Shown here piece after piece: positions 1 to 11,081 of a stretch of 58,472 nucleotides of DNA; position 1 is the first letter of the stretch; each line of letters opens with the position of its first letter. Both the position numbers and the translations under genes were made by a program. The DNA lies in assembly GCA_002633005.1 (NCBI GenBank), contig NMRA01001084.1, positions 1-58,472 of the forward strand, given 5' to 3'. Source of the DNA: Phoronis australis. Taxonomy: Eukaryota; Animalia; Phoronida. Below the pieces are notes generated by a model. That model saw only the letters and a program-made list of their open reading frames with translations, was not told where the DNA came from and did no database searches.

Positions 1-1079
1 AAAAATAGACACTAGACACACATTAAATTGAACAAAGCATTTTTCATACATCAAACACCCGGGATAACATGAAAAACCTTTGCTTGAAGCAGTTTAGAGT
101 AACTAGCAAATGACATGCATGGAATCTTGTGTATTCACATGCAGCTGGTTAAAAAGGTTACACTGCCATTCAACAATGGGACAATCAGGACATGATGGTC
201 TATATTTCTGCAAATGATAGAACTAGGAGAATATAATTGACGACAAACAAAATCAACCATTTGAAAATTCAACCACCATAGTATAAGAATTACACTCAGT
301 GACATTCAACACCAGCAAGACCTAGGTAACTGGAAAACCTTTCAAGGACAACAAACTCAAGCACACGGCTTCAACAACAACTTTAATTGCTTAACTAACA
401 ATAAAAATGGTTGTGCATCTGGTTCCACTTAGCAAACATTACAAAACATTCAAGCGAATGAGAGAAACATGCCACAAATAACCCAACACCATCCCAGGAT
501 GTGGCCGTATAGAACATAACATCAACCAACAGCTAGTAGTGACCTCTTTTGGTTGGTAAGTGATGCAGTTTGGGATGGGAATGCATGTTTCTATTCATGA
601 ATGGAAAAAACAGCAATACCGTGGAAACACAAGTTGAAATTGTTTCTAAGGAACATTGCCTCACACAATATGACAGCTACACATGGACATGACATAATGA
701 CACGGTTGTAATACACAAGTCCATAGTTTCATCCACAATCTTGATTACTTAACTCGTGTGCATTTCTCATGTAAGAGTATGGCAGAGTAACAATTCATCC
801 ATACAGAAGCTTACCCTCATGCCCAAAAATGTAGAGTAATTAACCAGAAAGTTGGTAAGGAGGCTAAGTCATTCAACAAGAATTTTGCTGCCATAATTGC
901 CAATCATTTTTGTTGTTAACAGAACTTAAGCCTTCATGAGGGGCAACCATATTTTGTCCGATTACTTTTGCAGTGTACAATATTTACGTCATCACATAAG
1001 AACTTTCGAGTCAAACGCTGATGATGTCGCAGAAGATAAAGACCACAACAGTGACATCCACCACACCTAGGCTCCTTAC

Positions 1080-2478
1080 CTGACAGTTTTGGGGGCCAGA
1101 ACGTGGATATTTCGTCACACAGTTTCCCTTCGTGAGCCATGGCTTCAATACTGGAGAGATCAAACTGAAACACAAAAAGAGACCACCAGGTAAGGTTAGG
1201 TAACACCCTAGAACTAGCTTCGCCGGGGACATCCCATCTCAGGGGACCTTTGCACTAATGACATACCTTGGGGGCTCAAGTATCCAGCATCATGCAGTGT
1301 TATTCCCCAACACCTCAAAACTTGTTCTTAAAAACATTTGGCGATTTTCAACGTACTTCATATTCACATGGTAGCTATATGTTTTTTTCTAACTAATTTG
1401 ACCAAGAAATCACAGAGATAAGGAATTAGCGTGCAAGTTCCACTTTAAGAACAGAAATTTGGTATTAGGTTCTCACTTCACAATTGCTGAAAAAGGGTTT
1501 AGCCATGTAATTATGAGTGCAATGCACTCTAAAAATAATCTATAACAATTGTCTAAGTAACTAGCAGACTTTCCAGGTTAGCTAAAATGAGATGGAATAT
1601 TTCAGAAACTGTTGTGTGGAGTGTTAAGATTACAGTTCTGTGTTTTAAGAGACTTTGATGAAATAGACCCCAGATGTGGTCATACAGAAAAACTTTGTCA
1701 ACTGTCAACAAACTGTCCCCACCTTTGACATGTCAATGCCGCAGCTGGCTGCGTACTGCATGATCCGAGCAGCTTTTTCCTTACTCTCTCTGCTGCTGGG
1801 TGGCACAGCATATACAGTCAACTTCCGCTACAAAAGAATTACAAAAAATTACCCAGTGCACCACTTAACAGCACTCATCACTCACTCACTAATGATAGGA
1901 GAAATTGACAAAACATAACCTCATTTATGGAAATGCAACACAGATGTGAGTTGAAAAAGACAAAACAGATAATTGTATAATTCTACAACTGAGCTCACCA
2001 CTTAAAACTGGATGCAGGAACAATCCACATGGATTTTAAATTTCAAATGGCACTAGCCATGAACTAGTAGTGACCTCTTTTGCTCTTTTGAGTAGATCCA
2101 GTAACTGACCTGCAGTCATCAATGCAGAAAAGAGACATAGTGGAACCAGAGTCGAAATTAGTTATAATGAACAGCACTTGCGGTCACATGGCTACAATGG
2201 AGAAATTCTTGATTGGCTGCCCAAGCATGACAAAACACTTAAAGATGGAAAATGAGATATCGCAGAACGATCAGTCCACATTGCACTAATTGAGTGCAAC
2301 ATGGACATACAACTACTGAAAAGAGACCAAACCTATGTTTGTTGCTTACTTTCTTAACTCCGGAGCTTTTTGAAGTAAGAGACTTCTTGCGGGCTTGCTC
2401 GTGTATGTACGACCGCTTTTCTTTCGAGACTGATGCTGGGAATTCAAGCACTGCTTTGGCATTGTCCTGGGAGTTTTG
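1080..2478 (-). CDS. Partial spliced gene encoding an R3H-domain protein; exons 2478-2350, 1827-1723, 1164-1080; 5' and 3' ends not resolved
   Basis: Three AG/GT-bounded exons join in frame (129, 105, 85 nt; phases 0,0,1): QNSQDNAKAVLEFPASVSKEKRSYIHEQARKKSLTSKSSGVKK|RKLTVYAVPPSSRESKEKAARIMQYAASCGIDMSK|FDLSSIEAMAHEGKLCDEISTFWPPKLS. LEFP..S...RxxxH...L.SKS.G...R.LTV is the R3H pattern, and it continues across an intron. Confidence 0.62.
1295..1448. mobile_element. Terminal fragment of a TTAA-ended (Kolobok-like) non-autonomous element
   Basis: Aligns with 56800-57010 (ctaactaatttgaccaag...ataaggaattagcgtgcaagtt); both copies end in TTAA at the same point. Confidence 0.55.
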
Positions 2479-2591
2479 CTGACAAAGAAAATTACACAGG
2501 AACATTTTTGAATTAAGTTAACATTCAGTTTTCAGAGATAGAAAGTAATACAACTTGCACCAGCAGCAAAAACGCTCAGTGTAATGTAAAT

Positions 2592-2846
2592 CAGGGCTTG
2601 GAATGACTAATTACGAAAAAGAGGAAAATTTTCCAGGTGATATGTTGTTCTACAAATAAATAGGCTTATGTGATACAAATATTTCTGTGTTGTAAAATTT
2701 AACTGCAGGAAAAGTTTTTTGCATGAATAAAGTAAAAATAATGATAAAAAAGAGATGAAAAAAGAGAAGACTGTAAATCAAATAAGAGTACATTGAAACC
2801 AAAACACAGAGAAATTTATCTTAAAAGCGGAAAATTCCAAGCCTTG
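2592..2846. mobile_element. MITE with CAGGGCTTGGAAT terminal inverted repeats (hAT-like)
   Basis: cagggcttggaat ... attccaagccttg; flanks tgtaaat / cgtaaat suggest a ~7-bp TSD with one mismatch. Confidence 0.6.
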
Positions 2847-3472
2847 CGTAAATAGTTGTGAGTGTCACTCTTGCAGGTAGAATGAGTTACCCAAAGCTGA
2901 TGGTGCTTCCACTTACCAGGCAGCTTAATTCCAGAGACACACATCGGCATATGATAAAGACCTTTGTTTATCATTGCATTCAATGATTAATCGATCACTA
3001 CTGTAACAGTCAGTAAATGTGCTTTGATATCAATTTCACTTTACAAGTGATTTGAGTGGTGAACAAACTGCCGGTGAGTGAAAATTCAGGCCAACGCGGA
3101 CAGCATGTTTGTCAAGCTAAAACCCTAGCATTTTTGTTACTGCAAAACTTCTAGCGTTTGTGCTACACATGTGAACTGGCCTAGTTTTTTACTTCAGCTG
3201 AATAAGACAACAATACGTATAAGAGTCGCAAATCCACAAACATTTAGAATACTTTCAACTTCAGTAACAATGCACTTGTAAGAAATTTTCCACATTGACA
3301 TGAATTAAGACCGTCTTCAATCCAAAAGCATCAACAAAAGTTTACACAATACTAAGCAACACAATTCCTAAAGGCATCATAAGTTTCTAGTGAAAAGGGG
3401 AGAACACACCTACTACTAAACCTCCTGAGAGCATACAGGCCAGCACATAACGTTGAAGCAAATTTTGATTGT

Positions 3473-3785
3473 CAAAACAGTACTCTAATCATCCACTTAC
3501 TTAACACAAAACGGTACTCTGATCATTCACTTACTTAACACAAAACAGTACTCTAATCATTCACTTACTTAACACAAAACAGAACTCTAATCATTCACTT
3601 ACTTAACAAAAACGGTACTCTAATCATCCACCCACTTACTAACACAAAACGGTACTCTAATCATTCACTTACTTAACACAAAATGGTACTCTAATCATTC
3701 ACTTACTTAACACAAAACAGTACTATAATCATTCACTTACTAAACACAAAACTGTACTCTAATCATCCACTTACTTAGCACAAAA
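3473..3785. repeat. 34-bp minisatellite, about 9 copies
   Basis: Unit aacacaaaacagtactctaatcattcacttactt repeated head-to-tail (e.g. 3503, 3537, 3571). Confidence 0.95.
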
Positions 3786-5599
3786 ATAACTGCCAGAATA
3801 TGCAATTTATTCTCTTTTTCAGACTGATTACCTTGCTGCAAATCATGGAAATTTTTATTACTAAATGTTGTTTTATGACATCTACACACCAAAAATCATG
3901 TTAGTACTACTGTGCAGTAATTCACTTATTTTGCACAAAAATAATTCCCAAAATTGTCATTTTCCATTGCATTTTTCAAAGTCTGATTACTATACTGCAA
4001 ATAACGAAATATTTTAAGTTGTTTTATGCTTTACAGACTTAGGTTTTCTTGTTGAGCATGTTGTGTCCCAATAGGTAAACAATTGTCATAGTAACAGATT
4101 AAAAATGTCTTAAATCTCTATTTTTGCCAAGAAATTTGAGAACATAGAATTTCAGCTGTCAGCTATAGTGTGTGCTAAGTAGACGAATGGTTACGGTAGA
4201 TTCTCCCAAACTGTATCGTGAACAAGTTCTGCAAGGGTCAAGCCAGCTAACCTTGACATTTTAGCTTTACGGTAAAATGTTTGTAATGCCTCATATATAC
4301 ATGTATACCCAGCCCCATGCATCAATATGTGAAACTGGGTCTATGATGGGCCTGGTACATCTAGACTTAAGCCCACTTTAGCAACACCAAGTAACAACAT
4401 AATTGCTCATAAATGAAGCTTGACCAGGTAGAAGCGTATTCGTAAGTACAGTATGGGCAGGTAAAAGATGCGTAAAAAGCCACTTCAGGACAAGTGCATG
4501 AGGCTTTTACACAAAAATCTGTCTGCGTCCATCATGTCGCGGAAAGTTAGGCACACGCACCTATGCGCAAAACAGTTATCAATTATTTCAAACACGTTGT
4601 AGACAAGCACACACACATCCACGGTATGTGTTTTTCGTCTGCAGTAAAGAAGGCAATTTCCCACAATGCATTATACACATGACAGCTCCCCCTATCAGTA
4701 ATGAGGCCAATGACATACTTTGAACCAGTTGAGTAAGTTCATCAGCTGTATATGACTACCATCCCAGTGCAGAGTAACAGAAACCTCATTGTTATCCAAG
4801 TTTCTCGATTCCCAGTGAACAGGGTAACCTAAAAATTAAAAAATACAATATCAAGTGATGAATATTAGTATTCATTAACTAAGGTGAAGTACCCAAGGCA
4901 GAAAAATTATAATCCAAAAACATTCTCATAAAAAATTTAACTTTTCTCATTAATTTTTGTAAATATAGGTAGCTTTTGGTAAAATATTACATGTTTAGAA
5001 GACCTGGTTTAAGGTTAGGAATCATTCTGTCAAAATGGCACCAGTGTTCTCCAAAATAGAAAATTAAAACTCAACTGGAATACCAAAATTCTTGTACGTA
5101 CTCAAAAGTCCACCTCCATACTGTGGGGAGTTTGTGTGTTAAGTTTTGGAATAAATGTATTGAACTGGTATCAAAAGCACAAAATCTCCTAATTTCCCAA
5201 TCCTTCAAACTGATTGCATAGGTTTCAAACTCAATATAAAACATTACAAACTCTAGGGGATGACTCATGAAGTTCCAATCTAGTCTGCATCACCTTGGTC
5301 TACCTAAAATCCGTGAAGCTTCAAAAGTACAGCATCCACGTCCAGGCATGCAGTTGCTTATAAAGGTCAATAAATAAACCTACTTGGTGTGGTTGGCTTT
5401 TTTCCTTTATATCGCACTTTGTCCATAAGCCCTTTTTCCTCCGTGGCAGTGACTGAAACAGGTTGTGTTCAGAATACATAATACCGTATAATCATTCATC
5501 CATTAAGCATATGGTTAGCAACTGAAATCCTATTTTGGTAATTTTTTAAGAAAACTAAAATTATATTATTACCATTGTAAGTACAATTTTGATGTCATG

Positions 5600-5903
5600 G
5601 AGTTCAACAGTTGGTATTTGCAGCAAGCCAAATTTCATAACCTAAATCCATCAAGGACCTCTGACTCTGAAGATAAAGAGGTAAACATAAAAAACTAAAA
5701 TTGCGACTAGGAGCCACAGCAGCAGATGGATAAGTCCAAAACTCATAATCTGTTGTCAAATTCATAGGAACAAATCGGCCAAATCTCAATCCGGCGAGGG
5801 TTTAGGAGTCACAGCAGTTGACGCCAAACAACCGATACACAGACACTGAGAGATGGTGACAACGCACACACATGCACGTGTGTAAGTATGTGGGTGCATA
5901 AAA
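5600..5903 (+). mobile_element. Degenerate fragment of the HINE/Helentron-like repeat family
   Basis: Contains aaattgcgactaggagccacag and gggtttaggag core motifs and ends with the family tail tatgtgggtgcataaaaa. Confidence 0.55.
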
Positions 5904-7265
5904 ATGGCCATAAGTTACTGCAACAGTTCTTAATTGACATCAGTTTCACAATCATCTTGTACCAATGCATTTCCAGCATATATCTCTATCATGTTTCATC
6001 AACATTTGATAGATATGGAATTTCTCTTCAAATACTAACAGCCTACAGGAGGTCTCACAGACATAGGCAAATTCAACTGAAAATCTACTGGTGGTGGTGC
6101 ATTCCTGCCACAACAATGTGGAAAATTTCATCATGATTCGTCAAGGGGTTTAATATGGCCGACAAGCAAAAAATTAACATCCAACTGGTGGATGAAGACC
6201 CACAGACAATGGATGGATAAAATCTGCCACATAATTTGGAATTGTCAGAATTGTCCTGAGGATCGACAGGGACCTCAGGGGTCTCACGCTCCACTGGCTT
6301 ATCTACACATGAAAAGGCTGCGTCCAGTAACCTGTTGTGGGTCATAAAAGAGAGCATGATACCTGCAGTTGCTGCAGCAACCATAACTACTCTTGTTGAT
6401 CACTTTGGTGCAGACTCACAAGAGAAATTAAGAATTACACTTTTATTATCCTTGTTTCAAGAGACTTAAATCTCAATGCCATGTGCGCATTAGGAGGATG
6501 CCTGATTTAGACCTGTGTTCACAATGATCAACATTAAAAATAGAGAGCAAATATTGCGCCCCATGTATACTTTTTCCTAGCTTTCATTTTGGAATGACTA
6601 ATATTTCAGTTGTGAGCGAAAAAACTACACAGCCATTTTGAAACTTGCTGTACCGGAAAGACTAACCACTTGAGTTAGGTTCTTGTAGACTTTACACTAG
6701 GTTCATTAAATTCGCAGTTTTACTGCTGAACTATAAGTGTTTACTCATATTTGCGATATTATAACGTCATGGAATAGTCTAAATATGTTAAATGAAAGTC
6801 AATTTTGTTCGCAGTGAAACCGCTTCACCGTGGAACTTTTGAGGTGATTCTCTAATCTGCCGGGCTAGTCGGGACTGAATTTGAAAGATCTCAGCCAAAA
6901 CTTCATTGAGATTAGTGGAAAAAACCCTTCTGTTCAGATTTTTGAGAAAGTCAATTCTTAAACTTTTACAAGTCGTTGAAAAGGGCGAAAACGTAAACGC
7001 GCAAGTCATATTTCTTCAGGCATCTATTATCATCAAGGTCATCGGTTTCATAGACAATAAATTATAATCGGACCCATCTGTGGTTTTCTGTTGAGCCTAT
7101 ACCATCCACCCGGAGTTCTCCCATATGCCAACTGTAGACGGTCTCTCACGATGATATTGCATTATGAATGGCACAAGTCAAATTTAGGATCCCAGGTTAA
7201 ATGTAGCAGTTCCAGATTCATACTGTGAATAATACCCTTACACGGAAGTCACGCATTTCTAAAGA

Positions 7266-8637
7266 TATGCGGGAATTTTCACCGCTCGTCCTGTGTGGCT
7301 TTTACCAGGATCAAAGAGAGGGCAGTGCCCGAATCGGATACAGTTGTGATGACCGCATTGTCCAGTGTGAGCAAGACCCAATTAAGTGTAATTACCCCAC
7401 TATAAACTGTAGTAAACATCCCTGCCTGTACATATTGGCAAATTTTCAAAATGCATTGATAAAACGAACACCACGGCGGTTAAACTCAGCTGGAAAAAAA
7501 CAACCGCATAAGGTTTTCAATTTTTAAAAATCAATGAACTAATTAGCTAAAAACTACAAACATTTGGTACGGCTGAAGATAAATGACAGTGCGTATTGAT
7601 ATATAGACCTTATTCACCCAGTCGCCATTTTCATAGTGAAACTCTTTTTGCATCTGAGACATAAATATTGCAAGGCACGCAAAAAATCATGCTTTGCGCC
7701 ATGTTTAAGTGAAGAATGCATTGTTTTTAAAACCTAAAAAGAGGCTCACTTTTAAAATGGCAACTGCGTAAATAAAGTGTATACTTGGTGGATTTACAAA
7801 CGTTGATCAGAGTTAACAATATGACATGGATTACTCTTTTAGTACTCCTTCAAACTCGTTTAACCAGATTTTTGACTAGGAAACAGATGTTTTTAACTTG
7901 TGTCCACTCTTCTTATTTTATGACTGACAAAAAGCTAGAATAGTTATGTAGTCAATGCAACTGAAAATGTCCAGAGATTTGAAATCTTCAGTTTGGTTAT
8001 CACCATATTTGCATTTTTGCAACCATATTTTATGGTTTGAGTTCTAATAAACTTGAACTAATGACACATGTATTTTTGTTTGCTGTGAAATGTTTAGAGT
8101 AGCTGTAATCTGGAAAGTTCAATGATGGGTTCACAATTAACTAAACTAATTAATATTCACTGGTCGCCGATCAAAAATCTACCACATTTTTGGTACTTCA
8201 AGTTTAAAAAGAAAATAAAAAGATATCAACCCGTTCCCGGTACGAAATTAAACAAGTAGGCAGTAGTATTAAAAATGAAATAATGAAAACCGGTACGAAA
8301 CATATTTAAAACCATCATTCCTTTTGGGAAGTGGCCCTTAGTCAAGATAAACACAAATTAACTTTTTTTAGTCATTTTGTAATATTCAAAATGTACCAAG
8401 TTAAAACTACTCTCCACAGTTGCAGGCTGTAACCCTGCCTTTGTGTGCAAATGCCAGAGAAAACTAATTTGGGTGTAATAACAACCATCACTGTTGAAAC
8501 AGTAGTGCAAGCTATACCTTTCCACTTAGCTCAGATCTGCATCAATACAAAGGGCGACCTGAATAGGCATCATAAAAGTTGTCTGGGGCTAAGGGAATCT
8601 GAGCTGTGACCAGTGTAAGTCAGAAATTCTCCGCATG
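7266..8637. mobile_element. ~1.4-kb non-autonomous TIR element, copy 1 (LINE-free)
   Basis: Colinear with 10651-11081 plus 15547-16251. Ends tatgcgggaattttc / gaaattctccgcatg form an imperfect inverted repeat exactly where homology between the two copies stops. Confidence 0.7.
7604..7781. mobile_element. ~180-bp MITE (TAGACC termini) nested in copy 1
   Basis: TIRs tagaccttattcacccagtcgccatttt / aaaatggcaactgcgtaaataaagtgta. It is absent from copy 2 (ttgatatactcgg at ~10991), consistent with a TA duplication. Confidence 0.8.
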
Positions 8638-11081
8638 TTTAAAAGGATAAAAACACGATTTTGGCTTATTAACATGAAAACAACCACCACATCTTTTTTG
8701 TTTGAAAGAAAAAGATGCTCTGGCTGCCGGAACCTGGCCCTTGACAAACTTCACTGAATGTTTTGACCAAAATTTGAAATTACTTACCAAAGTTCCGTAA
8801 ATGGCGGGCTCAACGGGAAGTACGCTTTAGCCTTTAGGCGAGTTACACAGCAATTGCAGCCATATCCTATCTATGTCACAGAGTGTGAGTTATTACTCTT
8901 GTCACATGCCGTGGAACGTCAATGTTGCATTAGCAGGCAGCAAAACGAGAGGTCGACCATTATTCAGGGATTGTCTGGTTTTCTAAAGTAGGGTCCATAT
9001 ATAATTATATCTAACTAGTGCCGAAACTTTCTTCACTTTATTCAGTACGCCTAGCCCTAAATGTACCCTACCAGTCTAGTGAGCCCTACTGTCAGGTAGC
9101 CTAGGCCGTAAGTGTAGCAAGGCCTACTAGTAGTAACTAGCGCTTCGACAGACGACAGTCCCGCAGTTGCCCTAACGCACATAGCCGTCCAACAGAACAT
9201 TTTAGGCATTTTAAAATCTCATTTGACATCAGTTGAATGCTATGAATACGATTAAGAGAGAACCTGAATATTACTCGCTTTCCTGACTCATACTTACGAA
9301 CACGTTCGGTCAGCAAATTTCAATATTCAGCGTCAGCACGTAGGCAAGAATGGTTGCGCTATAAGGACCTATGCCTATGGTTTGACAACGCAACACGCGG
9401 TTACCGGGGATTTCTGATAAAATGCCCAAACCACAAATCACTCATGAAGAAGGAAGAAAGCGCTCCGGTCGGCACCGACACGTGCCAAGATCAAAAACTG
9501 ACTTGTAGAGATTTTCTGAATGGCGCTATAAAGTAGTCTTTTGCTTCTGAAAAAACGACTTGAGTAAAATAGTGTTGCATAGGGTGCTTTATCAGATATG
9601 TCCGGTAGGCTATGCTCATTCGGAGGTTGATTTGATCCGAAAATATTTGAGATATTCCGGTGGCGGTTTGATACGACAAGGCCCTTAATAGTAGGACCTA
9701 CTAAGAAAAAATGTCATAATTCAAATTCAAATTCTACCAAGTTCAGAAAATAAATATCTAACTTTACTGAGTTAAATTTTATAGTCTTGAAGGTATTTGT
9801 GGGATGCACAGGCTGGTCGCCAAGTGTAGTGGGCATACGAAAACTTATATTCCCCAAACTATGGTTTTTGCACAGAGACTAATCCACAACTAAATGAGAG
9901 AATAAAAACTGATTCTATGTTTTGAAAAAAAAAATTGTATTTATTTTTTAGCATACAGGTTTTGCCAGATGTGTTACGAGTGTAAATAGTAAAATATAGC
10001 GTGTCGGGTATGGCTGGTGCCGTGTGTTGGAGAAGGAAAATAAACTGTCTTAATGACACTAACCCCAGTTAATGCCCATATTGACGAATAGTCAACTGCG
10101 TCACATTTCATTTAGAAGCCGGCCGGCTATCATTTTATGAGGGTTAGAGCAACACATGTGTTGCATATCATCAGGTCGGACCCCGTGGCACCATACTCTA
10201 TAGCCTATGATGACACTAAGACTGAGAACTGAACAGCAAATGCGGAGTCGTCTAAACCAGTGTAGGGGTCGCAAGGCCAAGCAATGTTCTAGTCTACGGT
10301 CCCCTTGACAAAAAACCTTCCCTTTGGATTCGATAAAAAAGTAAGTCATGGCCGATAAGATTTCACCCATGTGCATTTGTACTTAGAGGCACTTCCAACT
10401 CAAAATTAACGTACCCGATTACAATTGTCACAACTATTCGGATTTTCAAAACTCATTCTACTGTGAGAGTCGACCAAAACCGTGTCTTAATAGTCACTTC
10501 AGTCGTCGTAGGCTACTTATGAAAAAAAAAACATCCCAATATTGGTCATAACAAAGTGGTTTGAATGTCGCACGTTAGTGCATTATATTTCGATCCACGT
10601 TTTGCCAAAAAGCTCGAACCTCATGGGGAAATCAAGAATTCAAGAAGCTATATGCGGGAATTTTCACCGCTCGTTCTTCTGAGCGGCTTTTACCAGGATC
10701 AAAGAGAGTCCGGAGTCAGGTACAGTTGTGATGACCGCTTTGCCCAATGCGAGCAAGGCCCAATTAAGTGTAATTACCCGACCATAAACTGTATTAAACA
10801 TCTCTGTCTGTACATAATGGTGAATTTTCAAAGTGCATTAACCAGTAATTTTCGTTAAAAACGAACATTACGGCGGTATTCAGCTGGAAAAAACAACCAA
10901 ATACGGTTTTCGATTTTTAAGAATGATCTAATAATCTAAAAGCTTCAACCATTGGGTACGATTGAAGATAAACTACCGCGCGTATAAAAGTTGATATACT
11001 CGGTGGATATACAACTTCTGATCGGAGTTAACAATATTACATGGATTCATTTTTTAATATTCTTTCAATCTCGTTTAACCA

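Noticed and set aside
533-2125. 19-bp exact repeat ctagtagtgacctcttttg (533-551, 2064-2082) next to a TGATGA box, considered as intronic C/D snoRNAs
   Set aside because: No properly placed D box or terminal stem was found; more likely remnants of a small duplication.
3473-3785. CRISPR-like array (34-bp repeats)
   Set aside because: Units are contiguous with no unique spacers, the context is eukaryotic, and there are no cas genes.
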